Origin: Candidatus Poseidoniaceae archaeon
Lineage (GTDB): Archaea; Thermoplasmatota; Poseidoniia; Poseidoniales; Poseidoniaceae
Assembly (NCBI GenBank): GCA_028822845.1
Contig: JAPKCS010000007.1
Location: forward strand, 2,649-66,648
Direction of reading: 5' to 3'
DNA length: 64,000 bases
Positions within the stretch are counted from its first letter, which is position 1. The number at the start of each line of letters is the position of its first letter. The notes beneath the pieces were generated by a model. That model had not been told where the DNA came from. It did not search any database and saw only the letters and a list, made by a program, of their open reading frames with translations. Shown in pieces: positions 27,469-36,149 of the stretch. The position numbers and the translations under genes are program-made.

Positions 27469-28479
27469 ATGACCATGTCCCTCGTAGACTCGCTTAGGCG
27501 CCCGCTAAGGGACCTACGAATCTCAGTGACAGATCGATGTAATTTCCGATGCAGATACTGCATGCCAAGGGAGCACTTTGGCGCTGACCATGAATTCCTT
27601 CCACGCGAAGATATTCTCACCTATGAGGAAATCACTAAAATCGCCTCTACATTGATGCCCCTCGGACTGGCCAAATTACGTATCACGGGCGGTGAACCAC
27701 TGATGCGGAAGGACATTCAAAAGCTGGTCAGAATGCTAAGAGACCTCAACAGTGATGTCGACTTGGCTATGACAACAAATGGTGTCCTGCTAAAGCGCCA
27801 TGCTGCATCGCTCAAAGAAGCAGGCCTGGACAGAGTCACTGTGAGCCTTGACGCCTTGGACACTGATCTTTTCCAATCGATGGGTGATAACCGACACTCT
27901 CCAGCAGAAGTGATGGCGGGGGTCGATGCTGCACTCAACGTTGGTCTAAAGGTCAAAATCAACATGGTTGTTCAACGCAACGTCAATGAAAGTCAGGTTG
28001 TACCAATCGCTGCATTTTGTTTTGAACGCAACATCATACCGAGATTTATCGAATTCATGGATGTGGGAAGCACAAATCAATGGGAATTAGATTCCGTAGT
28101 TTCAGGTGAAGAGATTCGAACATTGTTGACTCAAAAATACGGGCCAGTGAGCCCAGTTTCACCAGACCACCCGTCCGATGTTGCAAAACGCTGGAAAACA
28201 GAACAAGGTCACATGTTTGGCCTGATCCAATCCGTCACTGCACCATTTTGTGGTGATTGCTCACGTGCAAGAATTTCAGCAAATGGTTCGATGTACACCT
28301 GCCTTTTTGCCAATGAAGGCCATGATTTGCGGGCTATGCTTAGACTTGGAGCGAACGCTTCAGACATCGAAGCCGCAATTCGAACAATCTGGACAGCCCG
28401 GGAAGATCGCTATTCAGAAGGACGAACGGAACATAAAGAACCTAAATCTAAAATCGAAATGTCGTTCATTGGCGGCTGA
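27469..28479 (+). CDS. moaA: GTP 3',8-cyclase MoaA (radical SAM)
   Basis: LRISVTDRCNFRCRYCMP (CxxxCxxC), C-terminal Cys cluster CGDCSRARISANG, terminal ...IGG. Start at ATG 27469. Confidence 0.9.
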   Translation: MTMSLVDSLRRPLRDLRISVTDRCNFRCRYCMPREHFGADHEFLPREDILTYEEITKIASTLMPLGLAKLRITGGEPLMRKDIQKLVRMLRDLNSDVDLAMTTNGVLLKRHAASLKEAGLDRVTVSLDALDTDLFQSMGDNRHSPAEVMAGVDAALNVGLKVKINMVVQRNVNESQVVPIAAFCFERNIIPRFIEFMDVGSTNQWELDSVVSGEEIRTLLTQKYGPVSPVSPDHPSDVAKRWKTEQGHMFGLIQSVTAPFCGDCSRARISANGSMYTCLFANEGHDLRAMLRLGANASDIEAAIRTIWTAREDRYSEGRTEHKEPKSKIEMSFIGG

Positions 28480-28977
28480 TTACGCATCCAGTGGAGGCAA
28501 CATTATGTTGACCAAGACTGTTTGTGAGTTTGTATCGACTAACTTGAATCGCCATGTACCGGAGTCAGAACCGATGGATGTGGAATCGATGACAAAATAA
28601 TCGCCTTGGCTCACGGAATACCCAGCATCTCGATCGTGGAACGATACGTTGGCACCAATCAATCCGTAGACATCCGCATCAGCGACCTTCCCTCCCAAAG
28701 GATTGCCATCATCAAAGCTATCTGGAGCGAGGTTCCATTGAAGCTTGGCGGGGTCGATGGTTTGGTCCAAACTTGTCAAGCGAACAACGTGAAAACCATT
28801 CGAGAGACCCCGAACGCTCACGGTGGCTTGTGGTGCACTCTTCTCGGTGGTTGTGAGTGCTCCCTGCATCAAAACAAACACCATGCTCGAAAGCATTACT
28901 GTGATGGCAAGCAGCAAAACGGTGGCGATAACGGGGCTCACTGCCTCGTCATTTTTCACCCGCCGCATGCTTCGCAT
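28480..28977 (-). CDS. Archaeal type IV pilin-like protein (class III signal peptide)
   Basis: MRSMRRVKNDEAVSPVIATVLLLAITVMLSSMVFVL: basic leader, then the xSPVIxxxLLxAITV hydrophobic helix typical of archaeal pilin/archaellin N-termini. Confidence 0.6.
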   Translation of the reverse strand: MRSMRRVKNDEAVSPVIATVLLLAITVMLSSMVFVLMQGALTTTEKSAPQATVSVRGLSNGFHVVRLTSLDQTIDPAKLQWNLAPDSFDDGNPLGGKVADADVYGLIGANVSFHDRDAGYSVSQGDYFVIDSTSIGSDSGTWRFKLVDTNSQTVLVNIMLPPLDA

Positions 28978-29051
28978 GGTTCTGCTGTGTCAACGATGGG
29001 ACTTGAACCAACCGATTGGAAAGGGCATGATGCCCTTGTTTTCTGCAGACG

Positions 29052-30197
29052 CTAAAACAGCCAAACCGGTTTATCGCATTCCATGGCCCGTTTGATTCCG
29101 CCAATAGGGCCTAGGACCCTCAAGATGCCTTCAGTGATAAGGTCCCCTTTGAAGAAGGCATATCCGAAGTTTTTCGTTCGCAGTGAGTTCTTCAATGCTC
29201 GACCCATTGAAGCACGCAAACGGGTTTCATAAGCAGACAAGGGTGTCCCCTTGTTCAAGTTGTCAAGGATTGCTTCTGCTGCGAAGCATCCCGAAATAAT
29301 CGCTTGAGAAATACCGCCACCGTTGCTTGGCATCACCAAACCCGCAGCATCGCCAACAGCGAGCGTTGACCCATCGACCATGGTTTTCACCGGCCCTCCC
29401 ATCGGGATCCATCCGCCACCCCAAGACAGAATTTCGAATCCAAGTTCATCACAAAAGTCCTGGAGATGTTCTTTCAAGTTTCCCTTGAGGTACCCCGCCC
29501 GAACGCCAAGACCAACGTTGGCCGTGTTCGGACCTTTGGGGATGATCCAGGCATAGCCGGATGGAGCAACGGAACCGAGGAATACATCAAATGTCTCAGG
29601 CACATTCCCTTGCACTTGAGCGTACATGGTTGGCACTTGGTCCTGTGGTCTATATTTTTCATCATCGCCATGACGGAGGCGCCCGACGTGGGCAAGAGAA
29701 CCACTTGCATCGATTAAGAAGTCAAACGTATAGCGGCCTTTGGTGGTGACCACGACATCACGATTTGCCTTTGATTGATGTTGAATCTTTGTCAAAGCCT
29801 CCTCCATCTGAACTTCCGCTCCTGCATGAATGGCTTTGTCCGCCAAGTACCCATCAAAGTGTAAACGATGGCCAGCAAAGGCATCGAGATCAAAATGGTA
29901 GGCTTTCCCTGAAGGTAAGAAGACGCGCATGTTGTCCAAATTATGGAGTTTCAGTCGGTCTGGGAATTGAAAGTAATCATACAACCAAGTGTGGTCCTCG
30001 AGGTTGGAAAAAGTGCCGACTACTTCACCCCAATTTGGGATGCATTCACCGCACTGTGCTGGATTTCCGACAATAGAACGCCGTTCGATCATCAAAACAT
30101 CAAGGCCTTCTTCTGCCAGCCGCTGGGCACAAGCGGAACCTGCCGGTCCTGCTCCAATGACAATCACTTGTCGATGCTTCATTTCTTTTCGAGCCAT
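29052..30197 (-). CDS. Geranylgeranyl reductase family flavoprotein
   Basis: VIVIGAGPAGSACAQRLAEEGLDVLMIERR (FAD Rossmann) and the GDAAG motif. Adjacent to the polyprenyl synthase. Confidence 0.75.
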   Translation of the reverse strand: MARKEMKHRQVIVIGAGPAGSACAQRLAEEGLDVLMIERRSIVGNPAQCGECIPNWGEVVGTFSNLEDHTWLYDYFQFPDRLKLHNLDNMRVFLPSGKAYHFDLDAFAGHRLHFDGYLADKAIHAGAEVQMEEALTKIQHQSKANRDVVVTTKGRYTFDFLIDASGSLAHVGRLRHGDDEKYRPQDQVPTMYAQVQGNVPETFDVFLGSVAPSGYAWIIPKGPNTANVGLGVRAGYLKGNLKEHLQDFCDELGFEILSWGGGWIPMGGPVKTMVDGSTLAVGDAAGLVMPSNGGGISQAIISGCFAAEAILDNLNKGTPLSAYETRLRASMGRALKNSLRTKNFGYAFFKGDLITEGILRVLGPIGGIKRAMECDKPVWLF

Positions 30198-30205
30198 TGC
30201 ATCCC

Positions 30206-31252
30206 TCAGAGGTGGCGGTCCATGACGTAGTTGGTGACGTGCAGCATCAAATTCTTCGCTTGGCTATCAGGGAAGGCGTCGAGTTCCAAAACAGCTCTTT
30301 CAAGATGCGTTCGCACGAGAATTTCGGCGTAAGAAAGGCTGTCTGAACGCTCGAGAAGCCTCATCAATTCGTCGAAATCATTGTCATCAAAATCTTCGAT
30401 AATGTCTGCCAATCGTTGGCGTTCTTTCCCATGGGAAAGTGTCAGTGCATGAATCAACGGAAGCGTCATTTTCCCTTCGATCACATCAGCGCCGCGGGGT
30501 TTCCCCATTCGCTCATCGCCGCGTAAATCAAGCAGATCATCCACAAGTTGGAATGCGACACCGAGTTCCATCCCAAAGCGACCAAGTCCGGCGGCTTGTT
30601 GTTCAGAAAGACCAGCTACGAGGCCTGCTGCATGGCAGCCAGAGGCGAACGGTCCGGCGGTTTTCCCTCGAACGATTGACAAGTAGTCCTCTGGCGAGGT
30701 TGCAAGGTTGAGGACGTGGTCAAGTTGATGAAATTCTGCGACGGCAATATCTGCACAGCATTTGGCCATTAAACGGACAATCTTTTCCTCATAGCGACCG
30801 CCAAGACCGAACCCCTGGACGAACAACCAATCACCGGCGATCACGGCTTTAGCCAAACCTGCTCGGCTGTGAATCGTTTCGACACCGCGTCGCATTGAGG
30901 CTTCATCATTGATGTCGTCATGAACCAATGTAGCGGTATGAATTAATTCGAAGGCAAGAGCCAACGGCATGACCTCATCTGCGTCTTGCCCGCCTGCGAT
31001 TTCATGGGCGAGTAAGATCAGCAGCGGCCGCAGACGCTTTCCACCGGCAAGAAGCATGGATGCGCAGAGTTCAGCAACCTGCCCAGCATCATTCTCCAAT
31101 TCCTCTTCAACGAGCGCCTCAAGGGCGGCATCGACATGAAGCCGCATAACTTCAAGCTGGTCGCTTGCTTCCAACCCTATGTTCGCCACGGATGTTCCTA
31201 CAACGGTGCCCTTCTTAACCGGTAGTCTCCGCCCTTGTAATGTGAGGAGCAA
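30206..31252 (-). CDS. Polyprenyl (geranylgeranyl) diphosphate synthase
   Basis: First Asp-rich motif LVHDDINDE...RRG and second FQLVDDLLD. Confidence 0.85.
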   Translation of the reverse strand: MLLTLQGRRLPVKKGTVVGTSVANIGLEASDQLEVMRLHVDAALEALVEEELENDAGQVAELCASMLLAGGKRLRPLLILLAHEIAGGQDADEVMPLALAFELIHTATLVHDDINDEASMRRGVETIHSRAGLAKAVIAGDWLFVQGFGLGGRYEEKIVRLMAKCCADIAVAEFHQLDHVLNLATSPEDYLSIVRGKTAGPFASGCHAAGLVAGLSEQQAAGLGRFGMELGVAFQLVDDLLDLRGDERMGKPRGADVIEGKMTLPLIHALTLSHGKERQRLADIIEDFDDNDFDELMRLLERSDSLSYAEILVRTHLERAVLELDAFPDSQAKNLMLHVTNYVMDRHL

Positions 31253-31268
31253 TCTTCACCGAGGTGAG

Positions 31269-32390
31269 ATGATAACAGAAAAGGTACGCCTTGAGGTTCT
31301 CACCACCCCATCAAACGGGGACGGAGTACGCCGACAGATTGAGAAAACAATCGAGACAAACCGTACGAGATTTGACTTTGTAATGAAGCAACTTCCTCAC
31401 ATGGAAACAGCCATTGAGACATTGCAAAATGGACATGGCGACCTCTTAGCAATGAGCGCTCACCAATGGAAAGACTTGGCCCATGAGGGTTTGACTGTTG
31501 TTGGCGTGTTACCGCGAAGGGAGCCCACTTGGGTGCTTGTCTCTGATGATAAGCCAGAATACTTGCAGTCGAAAGCAATCGTTGTTTGTGACCATGTCCT
31601 CCTACGTCGACAGATGAGACGCTCCCGGGCCGATTTGATTTTGATGGAATCACAAGCATTCGCCGACTCGATCTCGAAAGGACCAGTCTTTGCAGCCCTT
31701 GAACCCGAAGATCGCACCTCGTGGTTGGAAGAACAACGCCAAAAAGAAACCTTAGACGGGTACATTGTCTCCAGAGGAAAGCACGCTGACTTGAAGTTCA
31801 AAGCACGCCGGCACACCCTCGGACTCCAACGTGAAAATCCAGAGCGAACCCATTTCATTCCGCCACCTCTTCACGGGTTTACCCTGCTCGTTTCCCGAAG
31901 TGGTTTTCCAAGTGCAAGTGTTCAATCAATGTGTGACAATGGCGCATACCTCTCCCATCGAATGGAGGCGGCGTTCTTGGCCTCAATTCCAGAGGAACTT
32001 CATGGAATCACTGGTATCTTTGTTGAACAGCGCAAAATCGCTGCAATCCTCAGGGAAGCAAACCGCTCTGAAGACGATCAAACACTCGAAGGCGTCTTGG
32101 ACATAAACAAGAAAATCAAGATCGCAGGCCCGCGTCTTGAAATGAGAATGGAGACGCTGAATCATTCTGGAACGGTCACAGCCGGTGCAGAGCGTGTGTG
32201 TCCAGTTGAAGAAAGCCACATGGGCATGGTCAATGTTCTGAGGGAATTCCATATCCTTCTCGATATGATGCTAAATGAGCATCCCGAGATTCCACGTCAA
32301 CACATTGGTCTTCCTGAGGAATTCAGCATGGCTCGTCCGCCTTTGCTCGATCTTACCACCGTTCATTCAGCTTCTTCCGAAGAAGAGTGA
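31269..32390 (+). CDS. Hypothetical protein, divergent hydroxymethylbilane-synthase (HemC)-like fold, probably non-catalytic
   Basis: GLTVVGVLPRREPTWVLVS, IVVCDHVLLRRQMRRSRADLILMES and FIPPPLHGFTLLVSRSG are collinear with HemC blocks (GL.l....REDPRDA.VS; IGTSSLRR..QL...RPDL....LRG; LPA.GQGA..IE.R) as remembered. The GKG.F and HS.KD motifs are not conserved. Start at ATG 31269, after GAGGTGA. Confidence 0.4.
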   Translation: MITEKVRLEVLTTPSNGDGVRRQIEKTIETNRTRFDFVMKQLPHMETAIETLQNGHGDLLAMSAHQWKDLAHEGLTVVGVLPRREPTWVLVSDDKPEYLQSKAIVVCDHVLLRRQMRRSRADLILMESQAFADSISKGPVFAALEPEDRTSWLEEQRQKETLDGYIVSRGKHADLKFKARRHTLGLQRENPERTHFIPPPLHGFTLLVSRSGFPSASVQSMCDNGAYLSHRMEAAFLASIPEELHGITGIFVEQRKIAAILREANRSEDDQTLEGVLDINKKIKIAGPRLEMRMETLNHSGTVTAGAERVCPVEESHMGMVNVLREFHILLDMMLNEHPEIPRQHIGLPEEFSMARPPLLDLTTVHSASSEEE

Positions 32391-32941
32391 GCGTCACCCA
32401 GCAAGGCACTGTACCCTTGATGTTCGATGTATGCTTCAAGTTCAACCATCTCTGCTGGTTGGTTGTCCTGGCATAATTCCATGATGGCGTCATCGATTTC
32501 TCGTCCGTGCCTTTCCCATGTCCCAGCTTCGCGTTGAAGATCCGATGCGAACCGTTCAACAACTTCCACCGCCGACAATGTGGGGTTCAAAACCGTACCC
32601 AGGGAAGCAACAACTCGATTGTTCGTCAGCCGCAACTTTCGCAACTTTTTGGATAAAGTGATGAGTGTTTCTTTCAATTCCTCAACATTATTTGATTTTG
32701 AAAATTTGCGTTGGGCTCGTTCGAGGTCCTTTCGCATAACTCCGACTCCGGCAACGATCGCTACTTTTGATTTCGATGAATCGAGGATCACATTCTCCGC
32801 CTCTCTGAGTCGAGAGGCAAGAGCATCTTCAAATCCAGAACGTTGTTTACGGAGATCTCCTTGAATCATTTGTTTAAGCGACTCAACCATCTCATGAGCA
32901 TCCTTCAATCCGATCTTCGTCGCCTTGACGGTCTTGCCCAT
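32363..32941 (-). CDS. Hypothetical coiled-coil protein (192 aa)
   Basis: Heptad-like, Lys/Glu/Leu-rich sequence. No catalytic motif. Its 3' end overlaps the convergent gene by 28 nt. Confidence 0.4.
   Translation of the reverse strand: MGKTVKATKIGLKDAHEMVESLKQMIQGDLRKQRSGFEDALASRLREAENVILDSSKSKVAIVAGVGVMRKDLERAQRKFSKSNNVEELKETLITLSKKLRKLRLTNNRVVASLGTVLNPTLSAVEVVERFASDLQREAGTWERHGREIDDAIMELCQDNQPAEMVELEAYIEHQGYSALLGDAHSSSEEAE
32371..32385. repeat. Inverted repeat CTTCTTC-c-GAAGAAG inside the 28-nt overlap of two convergent genes
   Basis: Read directly. It encodes S-S-E-E on both strands (..SASSEEE* on plus, ..HSSSEEAE* on minus). Confidence 0.7.
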
Positions 32942-33110
32942 AACCTACGATTTAGCCGACGGGTATTGAAACCATTGCTAACCATCAGACTCAACTCTTG
33001 ATTTCGACTTTGATGGTACTTCATCATCCTTGGAAACGCTTGTTTGGCCTTCACATCACAGCGAAGGCACATATACTCCTTTGAGCCGAAAGCCAACAGA
33101 AGGTGCTGTG

Positions 33111-34895
33111 ATGGTGGACAAGGGGGAACTGCTATCCGAACTCTATCAAGCCAGGTTTGACGGTTTGAAGGAAATCGCCGTTGCTTACAACATCCCCAAA
33201 AGCGGGTCTGTTGAAACATTGAGGGCGAGGTTGATTCAACACCTCATTTTAGATGAATGGGATTTAACACCTGAGGGCATCAAGAATTTGATGAACAATG
33301 AACTCGGTGAATTGCTCGCCGTGTTAGGCATCAAGAAATCGGGCTCTCTAAGAGCAAGAAGACAACGCCTTTACCTCCACCTCAACCATGATGCTAAGCG
33401 ATTGATCCCCGAATCACTCGATACGATGACGAGGGATGAACTCCATGCTCTTTGCAAAATTCTTGAACTGCCACTCTCTGGAGCAAAGCAAGCCCTCCTC
33501 ATTCGAGTTGCAGGCGTTCTAGCATCGCAAGATGGTGGGTGGGGTAAAGTGAAGAAAAGCCTCCGAAGACCTCGCAGCAACTCAACAAAACTCCCTTCAC
33601 CGGCTGCAGCCTTGCCGCAACCCGATCAAAAACCGAAGGTCATCATCGACCAACACGATGCAGTGATCGAGGCCGCCGAGACGTTTGTGTCTGAGCACCC
33701 AGAGGGTTGGACTTTCGAAGAAGAAACGGAACTGCGTACAGAACTTGCCCAAGAAGGCATAGCGGTCTCCAAGGCACCCATTGCCTCCACATTGGACAAA
33801 GCATTGCGCAGTGTTGCATCAACTCAACCTACTGTAGAAGAAGCCCCTTCGATGGTTCAAGTCGCACAGACTGAACTACCTGGGGATCATTCATTGGAAG
33901 TTGAAGCTGCACTTTTGGAACTTCAAGCAAGGCTCGCAGAAATTGAAGCAGCAGGCCGAGATTTCCTTGCCGTCAGCACCACGAGTGAGAACGATGACCT
34001 TGAGGCATTTATCCAGAGTTTGAAAGGCCATGGTTTCGCCACTGAAATTCCGGCTGTCCAGGATTCCATTCGCACGACGCTGATGGGCCTAGAATACCGA
34101 TCCCAAGCAGAAAAGGACGCCATGTTCACAATGCCAAATTCGTGGAGAGAGCGCGAAGCACTCCGAATGTTCGAGAACACCCGAGAAGGATTGCGTGGTC
34201 AACTGGACGACACCCTAGCCGCCCACAAAGGGGACCTGGTGAAGGCACGGATGGCTTTCGAAGAAGTCGGAGGTTCCATGGGCCTCGATCTTAACATTCC
34301 AAGCGTTTCAGGAAGGCTTCATGCCTTGTTTGACCTCCATGTCGATATCAATCAAGCGCAAGCCCTCCAAGACCCTGCGCTCGCTCGAAGAAACCGAATC
34401 CTTCGAATCCTACAACATGGCGCAGTCCACATGAAGAGCAGTGAACGAAACACCATCGACCGTTTGGAACGCAACATCGTCGCTTTCGAGGAACTCGTCG
34501 AGACCGTTCTCGAAAGCAGTGAAGGCACCTTTAGCGAACCTCAACAAGCGCTCGTCATCCGATTCTTGGAATCCAGAGGGTATGATGTCAACACCGTCGA
34601 CCTACGGCCAAGAGTGTTGGCATGTGCTGGCATCATTGGAGCCGAACTCGGATTTATCTCACCGGCAGAAATACCACGCATCGCTCCAGGGATTATGATC
34701 TCAGACACACAAGTCGATGCAATTGTCCTCGAACTGAAGGCCCTTGCTGAAGCATTCAAACCCGTCAGTGACACTGAGAAATCTGAACCAGAAATTGAAC
34801 TTGGTTCGTCTGTTGCGGATGCTTCAGAACGTGTGCAATCCGCTCGTTCAAAGATTGATCACATCGATGAGCTCTTGGCTCGCCTCCGTGGATGA
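33111..34895 (+). CDS. Hypothetical protein with three tandem SAP-like helix-extended loop-helix motifs and a long helical C-terminal region
   Basis: LKEIAVAYNIPKSGSVETLRARLIQHL, LGELLAVLGIKKSGSLRARRQRLYLHL and LHALCKILELPLSGAKQALLIRVAGVL. Start at ATG 33111, after GAAGGTG. Confidence 0.5.
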   Translation: MVDKGELLSELYQARFDGLKEIAVAYNIPKSGSVETLRARLIQHLILDEWDLTPEGIKNLMNNELGELLAVLGIKKSGSLRARRQRLYLHLNHDAKRLIPESLDTMTRDELHALCKILELPLSGAKQALLIRVAGVLASQDGGWGKVKKSLRRPRSNSTKLPSPAAALPQPDQKPKVIIDQHDAVIEAAETFVSEHPEGWTFEEETELRTELAQEGIAVSKAPIASTLDKALRSVASTQPTVEEAPSMVQVAQTELPGDHSLEVEAALLELQARLAEIEAAGRDFLAVSTTSENDDLEAFIQSLKGHGFATEIPAVQDSIRTTLMGLEYRSQAEKDAMFTMPNSWREREALRMFENTREGLRGQLDDTLAAHKGDLVKARMAFEEVGGSMGLDLNIPSVSGRLHALFDLHVDINQAQALQDPALARRNRILRILQHGAVHMKSSERNTIDRLERNIVAFEELVETVLESSEGTFSEPQQALVIRFLESRGYDVNTVDLRPRVLACAGIIGAELGFISPAEIPRIAPGIMISDTQVDAIVLELKALAEAFKPVSDTEKSEPEIELGSSVADASERVQSARSKIDHIDELLARLRG

Positions 34896-36149
34896 TCAAC
34901 GGCTTGCGTAGAAACTTTGAATCAACTTCGTGACTCGTTGGATGTCCTCAACGTCTCTCGAAATCATATCATTCAGAATTGCTTCCCTCTGAGAGACGTG
35001 CTTCTCAAACATATCCGGAGAAATACCGGCTGCTTTACAGATGGTCTCACGAAGTTTTGACGGAATACCTGTTTCTTCGATTTGGTCGGTCGCTGCGTTG
35101 TACTTCCAGATGATATTGAGACGAGGTTTGTCGCCTTCCATTCCTGCAACTTCAGCCACTTCTGTGATCTTACGAGCCGTTTTGCCATTGACGTGAAGAC
35201 GGGCTTGGATAATAATCAAATCAAGTCCACTGAGCATGATTGGTGGAACACTCATGGGTGGATTGATCATTCGAGTGACTGTTTCTTGGGCAGTGTTAGC
35301 GTGCAGTGAACCGAATGAACCATCGTGGCCAGTGTTCATTGCTGTGAGAAGAGTTGCTGCTTCGGGTCCACGTACTTCTCCAACAATAATCCGGTCAGGA
35401 CGCATACGAAGGCTCGACTTCAAGCAATCATTCATGTCGATCTCAGAGGTTCCATCAGGACGTTCTCTTCGGGTTTCCATGCGGAGCCAGTGGTCGTGGT
35501 AAACCTGCAATTCAGCAGTGTCTTCTACGGTCAATAGGCGACGGTCCCAAGGAATAAACATGCCCAAACAATTGAGCGTCGTGGTTTTTCCGGATCCAGT
35601 ACCACCTGCAATCACGAAGTTTGCTGGACGGCTGTCGAGGCCTTCAATCCAAACCCACATCATTGCAGCCAGCCGGGTGTTCACCGTACCGAACTTGATG
35701 AGATTGATCATCGTAAGAGGGTCTTCCTTGAATTTACGAATGGTGAGGGTCGGACCGTCAGGCGAGACCGGGGGGATGGTACCGTTCACACGGGATCCAT
35801 CATGCAAGCGACCATCGAAAATGGGCACCATACCTGGGCCGTCACCAAGAGGCACGTTGGTGTAAGAGGCAATGTTCTTGGCAATTTGTAGACCAGATTC
35901 ATTGTCGATAATGAGGTTTGTACGGCACATACCATACTTTCGATGTGCAACTTTGACTTCTTGCTCTCCACCGTTGTACATGACTTCTTCGAGGTTGTCA
36001 TCATCAAGCAGGAGTTGAAGATCTCCGTGAGGGTTTGGTTCTGCAACGCCGTCGACGTGGTAAATTGGAGAAGGATGGTTTCCTTCAGTGTAAATCGTCA
36101 CGGTTCCATATTGTTCTAAAATTGTTTGAGTCATCGGTTTAACCTCCAA
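34896..36149 (-). CDS. Type IV filament / secretion ATPase, CpaF/TadA-VirB11-like
   Basis: Walker A IAGGTGSGKTTTLN, Walker B/Asp box RPDRIIVGEVRG, His box GHDGSFGSLHAN. 417 aa, which is shorter than FlaI/PilB-type enzymes. Confidence 0.85.
   Translation of the reverse strand: MEVKPMTQTILEQYGTVTIYTEGNHPSPIYHVDGVAEPNPHGDLQLLLDDDNLEEVMYNGGEQEVKVAHRKYGMCRTNLIIDNESGLQIAKNIASYTNVPLGDGPGMVPIFDGRLHDGSRVNGTIPPVSPDGPTLTIRKFKEDPLTMINLIKFGTVNTRLAAMMWVWIEGLDSRPANFVIAGGTGSGKTTTLNCLGMFIPWDRRLLTVEDTAELQVYHDHWLRMETRRERPDGTSEIDMNDCLKSSLRMRPDRIIVGEVRGPEAATLLTAMNTGHDGSFGSLHANTAQETVTRMINPPMSVPPIMLSGLDLIIIQARLHVNGKTARKITEVAEVAGMEGDKPRLNIIWKYNAATDQIEETGIPSKLRETICKAAGISPDMFEKHVSQREAILNDMISRDVEDIQRVTKLIQSFYASR

Noticed and set aside
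27402-27620. First 73 codons of the 550-aa ORF containing aroA
   Set aside because: They overlap the divergent moaA leader and start, and have Arg/Ser-rich junk-like composition. The EPSP synthase homology begins well downstream, so the start was moved to ATG 27401.
32363-32941. The coiled-coil 192-aa protein as an ESCRT-III/PspA-like membrane-remodelling factor
   Set aside because: Only size, helicity and an acidic C-terminus fit. I could not identify any family-specific motif, so it stays as a hypothetical coiled-coil protein.
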